DNA of 64,000 nucleotides from Candidatus Sysuiplasmataceae archaeon (GTDB lineage Archaea; Thermoplasmatota; Thermoplasmata; Sysuiplasmatales; Sysuiplasmataceae): NCBI GenBank assembly GCA_046706185.1, contig JBJKPR010000003.1, positions 1,993 to 65,992 of the forward strand, read 5' to 3'. Shown piece by piece: positions 1 to 8,393 of this stretch (position 1 is its first letter; each line of letters starts with the position of its first letter). The notes under the pieces were generated by a model. It saw only the letters and a program-made list of their open reading frames with translations, ran no database searches and was not told where the DNA came from. The position numbers and the translations under genes were made by a program.

Positions 1-500
1 GCAGCGGCACTTGCCTCCATGCAGCCTTTCCCAGTGACGGCAAATTCAGCCACCTGTTCAATGAGTGAACTGATATCCATGCCAGGGTAAGCGCTCATCA
101 GCTCTTTCGTGCTCACCATCTCATCCTCAGACAGCTGCACCCGGAGAGGGACAAGGAGCATGTCACCGATCTCAAGGCCTGACGAAGGGACATCCTCTAT
201 CCTTCCCTCCCTGAGGACGAGGAACTTGTGCTCGGGCGTGACAGTAACAGCGCTGCCGTACCTCGGCCTGATTTTAAGCAGGGGCGAGTCGTTCCTGAGC
301 TTCCAGACATGCGTTATCCTCCTGCGCGAAAGGGTCATGGATTCCCTGTCCAGGGAAATCGTGCAGTCGTTACCGCCGGTGCGGTAGACTGTCTGTTCTC
401 CGTCATCCAGCACCGGCACATCCTGCGCGTGCATTGAATAGAGGGATGAGGCAGATACCCATGTCCCGTTTACAAAAACCATCGAATCAGCTGTCATGCA
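1..500 (-). mobile_element. Intein (N-terminal splicing region) in EF-2, inserted after HIDHGK
   Basis: After GK the expected TT is replaced by CMTADSMV (block A, Cys1 at 500-498). TVTPEHKFLV (block B TxxH, ~239-228) and GLEIGDMLLVP follow in frame. The C-terminal end is outside the window. Confidence 0.9.
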
Positions 501-602
501 TTTGCCATGGTCGATATGCGCCGCTGTCCCGATGTTCCTGATGAACTTCGGATTGGCCATGATCGCCGTGGCCCTGGCAATATTGTCTTCTTTTCTTCCC
601 AA
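1..602 (-). CDS. fusA: Translation elongation factor 2 (aEF-2), 5' part, intein-containing; runs off the left edge
   Basis: Manual translation from TTG at 602: MGRKEDNIARATAIMANPKFIRNIGTAAHIDHGK, the EF-2 N-terminus with its G1 motif. The frame is open to position 1 and lies directly downstream of rps7. Confidence 0.93.
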   Translation of the reverse strand, partial: MGRKEDNIARATAIMANPKFIRNIGTAAHIDHGKCMTADSMVFVNGTWVSASSLYSMHAQDVPVLDDGEQTVYRTGGNDCTISLDRESMTLSRRRITHVWKLRNDSPLLKIRPRYGSAVTVTPEHKFLVLREGRIEDVPSSGLEIGDMLLVPLRVQLSEDEMVSTKELMSAYPGMDISSLIEQVAEFAVTGKGCMEASAA

Positions 603-620
603 TTCAACCGCCCTTGAAAA

Positions 621-1277
621 TCATCGTGCCGACATAGCCACTCTTTCGATCTCGTCTCTCTTGGAGACAGCCGCGCTCGTCATGTCGCCGTTGGCCGCAA
701 GCATTATTTCGTCGGCAAGGCATTGTGCTATGGCCTTCGTCGAACCGTGGGAAGACGCCACCGCGCCCTGTGTAATGTAGCGCAGTGCAAGGTCAAGCCT
801 CCTTGAAGAGGAGACATCGACCGCCCTGGGGACGGATATCCCTCCGAACTGGAGCCTTGTTATCTCCTCCCTAGGGGCCGCATGCTCTATGGCGGAGACA
901 AGGAGCTGCACCGGGTTCTTGTTCGTCTTCTTCTTCATTATTGCGAACGCTTCCTCGACAACCTTCAGTGATTTGTTCTTCTTGCCTGTGAAGGTACCTG
1001 TGCGCATCATCTGGTTTGCAAGCCTCTCGACTATGTTCACTTTCGCCTTCCCGAAGTTGCGGCTCGCGTGCCTGCCGGAGGAATGGGGGACGTAGACAGG
1101 CGTGAGGTTTATGTAGGTGGCCAGGCCGGGATCGGAGATGGTAACCTCCGACATGTCATACTGGCCGAACAGTAGGGCATTGTACAGGAGCACGTGCTCA
1201 GGCTCCGACGTTTGCTCCTTCTGTTCCTCTGGCTGTTCCTGCTCTTCATCAAAGTTCTCTTCCGGCATCTTTTTCAC
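621..1277 (-). CDS. rps7: 30S ribosomal protein S7 (uS7)
   Basis: [34 protein letters not shown] motifs; acidic N-terminal extension. Confidence 0.97.
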   Translation of the reverse strand: MKKMPEENFDEEQEQPEEQKEQTSEPEHVLLYNALLFGQYDMSEVTISDPGLATYINLTPVYVPHSSGRHASRNFGKAKVNIVERLANQMMRTGTFTGKKNKSLKVVEEAFAIMKKKTNKNPVQLLVSAIEHAAPREEITRLQFGGISVPRAVDVSSSRRLDLALRYITQGAVASSHGSTKAIAQCLADEIMLAANGDMTSAAVSKRDEIERVAMSAR

Positions 1278-1702
1278 CTGACAGGTTTCTCCTTCCTACC
1301 CCTGACCAGCTCGTTTAGCGAGACATTGTTGACCTTGATCACCTTGTAGCGGACGCCGGGAATATCGCCGTATGAACGGCCCATCCTTCCTCCAATGCCC
1401 TCCACGAGCACCTCATCGTGCTCGTCTATGAAGTTGATGGCGCCGTCGCCGACTGCAAAAGCAGTTACCTGCCTTCCGTTCTTGATGAGCTGCACCTTCA
1501 CGCATTTCCTTATCGCCGAGTTAGGCTGTTTTGCCTCTATTCCCACTTTCTCCAGTACAATGCCCCTGGCTTGGGGAGCACCCTCCAGTGGGTCAGACTT
1601 CTCCTTCAGGTGGAGTATCCTCTTCTTGTAAGCCCTCTCGCTCCATCTGAACTTCTTCCTGTTTCCGTTGAGCTTCCTAGCTGTATTCATTCCTCTTGCC
1701 AT
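1274..1702 (-). CDS. rps12: 30S ribosomal protein S12 (uS12)
   Basis: [12 protein letters not shown] and [10 protein letters not shown] motifs; start moved to the MARG ATG at 1702 (142 aa). Confidence 0.98.
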   Translation of the reverse strand: MARGMNTARKLNGNRKKFRWSERAYKKRILHLKEKSDPLEGAPQARGIVLEKVGIEAKQPNSAIRKCVKVQLIKNGRQVTAFAVGDGAINFIDEHDEVLVEGIGGRMGRSYGDIPGVRYKVIKVNNVSLNELVRGRKEKPVR

Positions 1703-1794
1703 TGGGATTCCTCGAATTGGCCATGACATGAATGTGGCCCGGTCCTGCCGAAAGAACATAATGGATTATGTATCGGCGACTGCCTATATGTCTA

Positions 1795-1816
1795 GCAAAA
1801 TGATTTTGCATAAATA
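1795..1816 (-). promoter_or_regulatory. Putative rps12-operon promoter: TATA-like element plus adjacent 7-bp inverted repeat
   Basis: Minus strand reads TATTTAT then GCAAAAT-C-ATTTTGC (1795-1809), about 100 nt upstream of rps12. Confidence 0.4.
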
Positions 1817-1900
1817 GGTTTCGCAGATCGCAACTGGGACGCGCCTACTACCGGCCCCTGGCCACCTGGTGCGAAAAGATAGCTTGGGTGTGGTGCTTCA

Positions 1901-2470
1901 TCAGGCCGGGATACCATCCCGGTGCAGTTCGTAGAAGAGTTCATCGGCATATCCATACGATTTCAGGTAGACGTGCCCTGTGAGCCTGCCTGCGGGGCTG
2001 AAACCGTTCTTCTGCAGAACGGCCGAAGAAGGCTTGTTCGGCTCCATCACCCTCGCGAAGAGTTTTCTGAGGTTCAGTGTTCTGAAAGCGAAGTCAAGCG
2101 CGAGAGACACCGCCTCGGTTGCATAGCCCCTTCCCCAGTATTCCCTGAAGAGTAGGTAGCCCAGCTCCGCATGCCTGCTTATCCTGTCTATGCCGTGGAG
2201 ACCAACGCTTCCTATAAGCTGATATCCCCCCTCTCTTTTCCCCTTGCCCGTCCCCATTTTCAGAAGGATTGTCATCACCCTCGAGTTCTCGTCCTTCCCC
2301 AGACTGTCGTACCAGTCGTACTCACCCTCGAGATAGAACAGCCTGTCAGGCCTCATCAGGAACTGCTGGACAGCGCTGTCCGCAAATTCCCTGTACATAA
2401 CTGGTATCTCCTCCCTCCTGTATATGCCAAGGGATACCTTCCTGCCCTCCCTGATTATCGGCCTGTCCAT
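1901..2470 (-). CDS. RimJ/RimL-type GNAT N-acetyltransferase
   Basis: ELGYLL..EYWGRGYATEAV, N..S..VL.KNGF; start chosen at MDRPII by alignment to the adjacent paralog. Confidence 0.88.
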   Translation of the reverse strand: MDRPIIREGRKVSLGIYRREEIPVMYREFADSAVQQFLMRPDRLFYLEGEYDWYDSLGKDENSRVMTILLKMGTGKGKREGGYQLIGSVGLHGIDRISRHAELGYLLFREYWGRGYATEAVSLALDFAFRTLNLRKLFARVMEPNKPSSAVLQKNGFSPAGRLTGHVYLKSYGYADELFYELHRDGIPA

Positions 2471-2502
2471 GTGCCCGTTAAGGGCGGGAATCCTTATAAT
2501 CC

Positions 2503-3075
2503 TCACCGGGGCGCGCAAACGTGCCCGGCGGAGGCGCGGTGAAGCTGGTAGATGAGTTCATCGACATAACCGTATCCCTCAACGTGGACATGGCTTGTGA
2601 ACCTCACAGCCTGCCTGAACCCGTTCTTTTCAAGTACCCTGATAGAAGCGACATTGGGTCCGTAGACGGTGGCAGTCACTTCCCTCAGATTGCAGGGGCC
2701 GAAGGCATGCTCAACCGCAAGTCTGACCGCCTCAGTCGCATACCCCTTTCCCCAGTGTTCCTTCATTATCGCATAGCCCAGTGAGCATGTTCTTGCGACA
2801 GGATTGATGCGTGACAGCGATATCGTCCCTGCAAGGTCGGAATGCGCCCTGCCCCTGAGCGAATTCAAAGAGACGGCGAATGAAATTTCTGACTGATCCT
2901 TCCCCAGCCTCTCGTACCTGGAGTATGCCTCCTCCAGTGAGACCATCCTGTATGGGTGCTTGAGGAATTTCATTACATCCGGGTCGTTGAAACCCATGTA
3001 GAGAATAGGTACATCGGTCTTTTCAATAAGGCCGATGGAGACTTTCGAGCCGGACCTCATTATTGGCCTTGACAT
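2503..3075 (-). CDS. RimJ/RimL-type GNAT N-acetyltransferase (tandem paralog)
   Basis: LGYAI..EHWGKGYATEAV, NVASIRVLEKNGF. Confidence 0.88.
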   Translation of the reverse strand: MSRPIMRSGSKVSIGLIEKTDVPILYMGFNDPDVMKFLKHPYRMVSLEEAYSRYERLGKDQSEISFAVSLNSLRGRAHSDLAGTISLSRINPVARTCSLGYAIMKEHWGKGYATEAVRLAVEHAFGPCNLREVTATVYGPNVASIRVLEKNGFRQAVRFTSHVHVEGYGYVDELIYQLHRASAGHVCAPR

Positions 3076-3175
3076 TCACCACTGTGAGACTTTACAGATA
3101 GAAAAAAGCCTCGACGGATGCATGGGTCAGGTGCGTGGTCAGGCAACCGCTGCAAGTGGAGGGACTGTGTTGCCC

Positions 3176-3670
3176 TCAGACGCGCCCTGCGCGTTCGTGA
3201 AGCCTCGTGTGCCACTCAGGCACCGTGTAGCTGTCAGTCCTGTAATTCGACTGGTACGGCTTGATGTCTATGACGGGCGTGCCGTCAAAGTAGTCCAGTC
3301 CCTTCACGTCCAGCCTCCTTCCCCTTCTCCCAACAAGCTGCACAAGCGACAGGCCCACTGGGTTCGGCCTTGAAGGTGAATCAAGAGAAAAAACGCCGAG
3401 CAGCGGAAGCTCCTCCTCAGACAGACCGTAGCGAAGAAGCCGCCTTGGCCTGACCTTCAGCACTCCTTTCTGCTCTGGTCTAAGCTGGTCGAAGTAGCCT
3501 ATGACAAATATATGCGAAAACTCCTCTATTCCATCCAGTGCGTCCTCAAATTCCTCGAAGATTTCAACTTCTGAGGCAGTATCGCTCCGCTTCTCCCTTA
3601 TGTCCTCTTTGCCTGCGGCAGTGTGCACAACACCGATTGGCTTCAGTCTGACCACGCTTTCTTCCGGCAT
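3176..3670 (-). CDS. trmO: TrmO/TsaA-family tRNA m6t6A37 methyltransferase (UPF0066)
   Basis: LKPIGVVH, GVFS..SP.RPNPVGLS, GLD..DGTPVIDIKPY; start likely MPEES. Confidence 0.85.
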   Translation of the reverse strand: MPEESVVRLKPIGVVHTAAGKEDIREKRSDTASEVEIFEEFEDALDGIEEFSHIFVIGYFDQLRPEQKGVLKVRPRRLLRYGLSEEELPLLGVFSLDSPSRPNPVGLSLVQLVGRRGRRLDVKGLDYFDGTPVIDIKPYQSNYRTDSYTVPEWHTRLHERAGRV

Positions 3671-3866
3671 CTGGTTCGGCCCTTCCAGTGAGAATGAGTG
3701 CGGCACGTCATTTAAATGGTGCGTTTCTGGCTGGAGTGGTGCAGCAGGGCTTTCAGCCAACTGCTTCTTAATGCTGGCGAAAGGCATCCTTCATCCCCTG
3801 ACCGGGTCAGCGTTTGCCTGTGCAGCGGACGGCCAGAGGGCACACGAACACAAACAGGATTGTGTG

Positions 3867-4400
3867 TCAGACCGCAAAGTCTGCCTGAATGAACCCTGTC
3901 GAAGCAAGGTTGGCATCCAGTACGAACGATATGTAGAGCGGCTGCCCTGCAGTTACTGGAAAGGCGCCGCTTGTCTCCAGGCCGCCATTTCCAGCAAGTG
4001 CGGTTCCTGAAAGAATCGTTGTTGTGCCCAGCAGGGTGCCCTGCGGGGATGTGCTTACATACGCTGTGACGCCGAGTGGAAGGGAATATGCCAAGTACAC
4101 TGTCCCGTTGACTGCGGGTGCGATTACGAGAGTATTGAGCAGGTCCACCACACTAAGTTCCTGTGAGACTGCGAGCGAAACGTTAGATGTGTTCAGGGAT
4201 GAAAACGAAATGATGCCAGCAGAGGCGACGAACCCGGGACCGGCTCCAAAAGGAGCGGGAGGCGGCGCGGATGAAGTGGTCTGAAGCTGGTTGTTCGTAA
4301 CCACAACGAATTCACCATTCACCGGTGCCGCGACGGAGAAGACAAGAAGCGGCAGTACAGCCAGGAGCACGATAACCGTTGAGTGCTTTTTGCGTCCCAT
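3867..4400 (-). CDS. Secreted beta-rich protein, paralog B (candidate filament subunit)
   Basis: Class I signal peptide, no Lys/Arg in the mature part, N-glycosylation sequons, shared motifs with 4504..5094. Confidence 0.75.
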   Translation of the reverse strand: MGRKKHSTVIVLLAVLPLLVFSVAAPVNGEFVVVTNNQLQTTSSAPPPAPFGAGPGFVASAGIISFSSLNTSNVSLAVSQELSVVDLLNTLVIAPAVNGTVYLAYSLPLGVTAYVSTSPQGTLLGTTTILSGTALAGNGGLETSGAFPVTAGQPLYISFVLDANLASTGFIQADFAV

Positions 4401-4450
4401 CTCTGATCATCTCATCGGTTCAGATTGCAGCACTGCTGCGGCGGAGCCTG

Positions 4451-4464
4451 AAAAAGGAAAAAGG
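4451..4464 (-). terminator. T-rich tract between the two secreted paralogs (archaeal-type terminator candidate)
   Basis: Minus strand CCTTTTTCCTTTTT about 40 nt after the stop of 4504..5094. Confidence 0.35.
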
Positions 4465-4503
4465 TAAGTGGTTTGAGCCTGGGCATGTCCGCGTCAGCCT
4501 CCT

Positions 4504-5094
4504 TCAGGTTGAGGAGTAGGCGCAGACGATGGACCCAGAGTTGACGCCTATGTTGTTCTGCAGAACGAAGCCGATCAGAACAGGTACGCCCGCTGTTACA
4601 GCGAACGAGCCTGTGGTCTGAAGAGCGCCGTTGCCCACTATGTGGAGTGCCCCGGACAGAACGCCGGCCGTCACACTGCCGCTAGTCAGCCCGGTGCTTG
4701 TCCCGACAGTTATGCCCGAACTCGTTGTGAGTATTGCCTGTGTTGCGGTGCTCAGTACAATAGTCACACCCGCGGGCAGCTGGACGGAGACATTCACATA
4801 GCCTGTCTGGGAAGGCATGAGCTCCAGCACGTTTGCCATTGCTATTGTGCCGCTGCCTGAAAGACCGTTCAGTGACACCGAGGCCGCGCCGTTGGTGCCA
4901 GTGGACAGTGTCAGGTAGCCCGCGGCGTTAGCCTGCGGGTAGTTCGATGCCGTCTCTACAACAACGACGTTCGTCGCCGTCGATGTTGTGCTCACCTGTG
5001 TTGTCGTGCTAACTGCAACCTCTGCCATCACCACAGCAGGCACTGCCAGGACGATGGCAAGGGCTATCGCTAGCGACAATATCCTTCGGTTCAT
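4504..5094 (-). CDS. Secreted beta-rich protein, paralog A (candidate filament subunit)
   Basis: Signal peptide ending AVVMA|EV; Ser/Thr/Gly/Val-rich mature domain with no K/R/D; GAGGTG RBS upstream. Confidence 0.8.
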   Translation of the reverse strand: MNRRILSLAIALAIVLAVPAVVMAEVAVSTTTQVSTTSTATNVVVVETASNYPQANAAGYLTLSTGTNGAASVSLNGLSGSGTIAMANVLELMPSQTGYVNVSVQLPAGVTIVLSTATQAILTTSSGITVGTSTGLTSGSVTAGVLSGALHIVGNGALQTTGSFAVTAGVPVLIGFVLQNNIGVNSGSIVCAYSST

Positions 5095-5418
5095 CTTACA
5101 CCTCGCCGTTGCTACTGCATAGACATTTATGTACCTGACGAATCCAGAGAAAAGTCAGGCAGCACCTGCCTGTGAGGCGGAGGGGCTAGTGCGTGACGCA
5201 TGCGCTACTGCGAACCAACCGGCAGTGCCCTCAAGGGATATGCCGATGTGACCGGCGAGCCGGATCCAGCTCATTCTCTTGAGGTGTAGGATGAACCGAA
5301 AAGCGGCTCTCCGGCTGTTTTGCAAGGGGGCTGTTTGCTAAATATACCTTTCCTTGAACTGAGGCATGACGCATGACTTCCTGTCAGAAAAGTGCCATGA
5401 GCTGCAGCATGTTACCCT

Positions 5419-6822
5419 TCAGCTCCCCCTCACAAGGGAAGTGAAAACGCCAATGAAGCTAAGCAGTCCGGAAAGAAGCATGACCACCCTCAGGCCTGCC
5501 ATGAAGGAAGCCACATCTGCCGACGGGAGGCTGCCGCCCATTCCAGAAAAGAGCTGCAGCAGCATGCTCCCCGGCATGGAGGCGGCAAGCAGGGCGCTCA
5601 TAAGTGCCAGGCTCATCAGCTGCCCGACGAACCTCATTGTGCCAAGCGTTCCTGAAGCCGTGCCCGATTGCTCCTTTGCAACCGAGCCCATCACTGAGTT
5701 GGTATTGGGGGCGGAGAAGAGGCCGAACCCGATTCCAATGACTGCCAGCGGCCATACCAATTCCTCCGGGGTAAGCTTTCCGATGCAGGCATATACAAAG
5801 AAGAAGGCTGCGGAGATTATCATCATCCCCAGTGAGGCGAGGATCCTCGAGCCGAGCCTGTCGGCCATCCTGCCGCTTATTGGGGAGAATATGACCATGA
5901 ATACAGGCTCGGCCGTAAGTATGAGACCGGACCTTGATGGGCTGAGGCCGGCAATCGCTGAAAAATAGATGGAGAAAACGAAGACAATTGCAAACGTGCT
6001 GACGTAGTTGAGAAAGGCGGTGAAATTCCCAGCTGCAAATGTCCTGTTCCTGGTAAACAACGAAAGGTCGAGTATTGGCTCCCGTTTCCTCCTTTCATAG
6101 AGGACGAACAGCAGGAGAGCAAGAAGGCCAAGCGCCAGCAGGTAGGCAGTGGCCAGCCAGCCGCTGACTTCGCTGAAGCTGAGGTACAGCACAATCGCCA
6201 GTACCGAAAGAAGGAAAATCGCGAAGCCCGCAAGGTCTATCGGGACCAAGCGCGTGGGGAGGTCCACTTTCCTGAGGAATGCGTACACGGGTATCATTGT
6301 GGCAATGGCACAGAGCGCAACCAGGTAGAACAGCGACTGCCATCCAAGGAACTCGATGAGCGCACCGGAGAGTATCGGTCCACTGGTCAGACCGAGATAG
6401 ACAGACATTGCGTTTATTCCAAGCGCTCCTCCCCTGTGCTCCGCCGGATAGACAGAGCTCACGATGGCAGTGGAGTTGACCGAAAGGAGGGAGCCGCCTA
6501 CTCCCATGACAAGGGACGAGAATATCAGAAAAAAGATGCTGAACGACACTGCAGCGAGAAGCGAGCCTGCCGCGAATACAACCAGCCCGAGAAGATAGAA
6601 CCTTGACCTGCCGTAGATATCCGAGAGCTTGCCGAGCAGTATCATAAGTGAAGGAAGGGGAATGAGGTAAGCAAGCGGGACCCAGACCATAAGCGTGAAG
6701 GAGGCGCCCAGCGAATGCCCTATCTCAGGGACTGAAAAGGAGATCACGCTGCTTGTGAAAGGCGTGAGGAAGGCGCCTAGAGATGTGGAGAGAAGAACCT
6801 TTGGATTGGAATATTCCGCCAT
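5419..6822 (-). CDS. MFS transporter, EmrB/QacA (DHA2) type
   Basis: Many TM helices, GKLSDIYGR and GRMADRLG motif A, PILDLSLF. Confidence 0.9.
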   Translation of the reverse strand: MAEYSNPKVLLSTSLGAFLTPFTSSVISFSVPEIGHSLGASFTLMVWVPLAYLIPLPSLMILLGKLSDIYGRSRFYLLGLVVFAAGSLLAAVSFSIFFLIFSSLVMGVGGSLLSVNSTAIVSSVYPAEHRGGALGINAMSVYLGLTSGPILSGALIEFLGWQSLFYLVALCAIATMIPVYAFLRKVDLPTRLVPIDLAGFAIFLLSVLAIVLYLSFSEVSGWLATAYLLALGLLALLLFVLYERRKREPILDLSLFTRNRTFAAGNFTAFLNYVSTFAIVFVFSIYFSAIAGLSPSRSGLILTAEPVFMVIFSPISGRMADRLGSRILASLGMMIISAAFFFVYACIGKLTPEELVWPLAVIGIGFGLFSAPNTNSVMGSVAKEQSGTASGTLGTMRFVGQLMSLALMSALLAASMPGSMLLQLFSGMGGSLPSADVASFMAGLRVVMLLSGLLSFIGVFTSLVRGS

Positions 6823-7004
6823 TCACATCGCCAAACCGGTCTCCTGGTATGCAGCCCGGGACTGCTGCTGGAATCAGTTATCACGCTCGCTGCGTATCTA
6901 TATCTTTCCCGGAGGATGGTTCTCCCCCACGGATGCAGTGAAGCGCTCCTGCTTCCTCGCCCCCGCCGCCGCCCCGTGGGACAAAGGTCCAAAAGATGCC
7001 GTTC

Positions 7005-8066
7005 CTAGAACAAAGGAAGGTGAATTCCGGCCGCGACAGTCAGTGAGAAAATGAGAAGGCCAAGTATGTATAGCCATCCGAAACGCTTGTTGTGAAGGAG
7101 CGCCTGCCTGTGGTACCACAGGGGCCATCCGACAAAGCCCTCCGGAGGAGCCTCCGGTCTTACACCCCTGACAACTCGCAGTGCCTGGAGAAGCCGTTTG
7201 TAGTTTGCCGCCACAAGAAGAAGAGTGAACGGAATAAACAGCGTTGCAGCGGCAACGGCAGTCACCACGTACATAAGCACTATGGTCAGAACAAGAAAGG
7301 CACGCGACCTGGATTCCCCTGCGAGCACAGGGAGAGTTCGTATGTTCCTGCCCCTGTCGAAGTCAATCTGGTCTATATGCTTACCAACGAGCACTGACAT
7401 GACGCCTAGGCCGTACGGTATGCTGGCCACCACTACCGTCAGGCTGAAAAAACCAGAAATTGCATAAAATCCTCCGGCCACCATCAGGGGCCCCCAGACG
7501 ATAAACGATGACAACTCGCCCAGCCCTATTTTCTTGAGCGAGAGGCTGGAGACGTCATACATAAAGAGTATTCCTGCCCCGATGGCGGCAAGGAGAATTA
7601 TGCCCGGTCCCCTCAGCAGTGCAAAGTATGCAGCAATGAAGGCAAGTATGACGAGAAGGGAGAATATGGTCATCTTCATCTCCGAAACGGATACGACGTT
7701 GTCGGCAATCGGATGCAGTGTGTACCTTCTTCGCGGTGAGTCTGGCGTGTCATCTCCGTACTTGAAGCCGAAAAGATCGTTCAACAGATTGCTCACCACA
7801 TGCAGCAGTACAAACGCCAAAACAACGAGTACAAAGTTGAGCAGGTCGAACGAGCCGTAAATGATGGCAAACAGGCCGCTGATTATGCCTGCCTGAAAAG
7901 AAATGACCAGAATCAGTCCCCTTGCAGAATAAAGCATACGGGTAATGAAATCCTGACCGTATCTTCCGGCATCCTTGCGGTAAAAGCCCCTGAATGCACC
8001 GATCCAAGATGCAAGCCGCAACCTGAATGGCTGGGTCCCCACAGAGGTGATCGTTTTTTCAGACAT
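7005..8066 (-). CDS. UbiA/MenA-family prenyltransferase
   Basis: NLLND..., GLGEL.SF..WGP, D...D.....RTLPV; start uncertain (8066, 8105 or 8129). Confidence 0.8.
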   Translation of the reverse strand: MSEKTITSVGTQPFRLRLASWIGAFRGFYRKDAGRYGQDFITRMLYSARGLILVISFQAGIISGLFAIIYGSFDLLNFVLVVLAFVLLHVVSNLLNDLFGFKYGDDTPDSPRRRYTLHPIADNVVSVSEMKMTIFSLLVILAFIAAYFALLRGPGIILLAAIGAGILFMYDVSSLSLKKIGLGELSSFIVWGPLMVAGGFYAISGFFSLTVVVASIPYGLGVMSVLVGKHIDQIDFDRGRNIRTLPVLAGESRSRAFLVLTIVLMYVVTAVAAATLFIPFTLLLVAANYKRLLQALRVVRGVRPEAPPEGFVGWPLWYHRQALLHNKRFGWLYILGLLIFSLTVAAGIHLPLF

Positions 8067-8157
8067 GTCAGTATCCGGCGACAGACAGCCGGCGCCTTCG
8101 GTCATGTATATGCTTTTTGACCATATCAAACCACAGCCTGAAATGTGCGGAGGTGGA

Positions 8158-8254
8158 TGCGGGAGGAGGGATTTGAACCCACGTACCCCTGCGGGACAGA
8201 ATTTCCTACGGGATCTTAAGTCCTGCGCTGTTGGCCAAGCTTAGCTACTCCCGC
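8158..8254 (-). tRNA. tRNA-Leu(UAA) with a 12-nt intron at 37/38 (intron 8203..8214)
   Basis: GCGGGAG/CTCCCGC acceptor stem, D-arm, CAGGA-CTTAAG[ATCCCGTAGGAA]A-TTCTG anticodon arm, long variable arm, GGTTCAAATCC T-loop; mature length 85 nt, CCA not encoded. Confidence 0.9.
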
Positions 8255-8393
8255 CCTGGCAACTGGATTGTGAGCGCAGTAATAAATCTCCTTGTCGGGC
8301 TGACCGCCCGGAGTGCACAGAAAGAGTGAATAAACAGGATCGTTTAATCTATGTTGTACGGAATAGTCAGCAGCAACAGAGGAAGATGATCGT

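Noticed and set aside
8197-8225. Intron-less reading of tRNA-Leu using TCCCG as the 3' anticodon stem
   Set aside because: Gives an A-C mismatch and an oversized ~26-nt variable region; the intron model gives a canonical 85-nt tRNA
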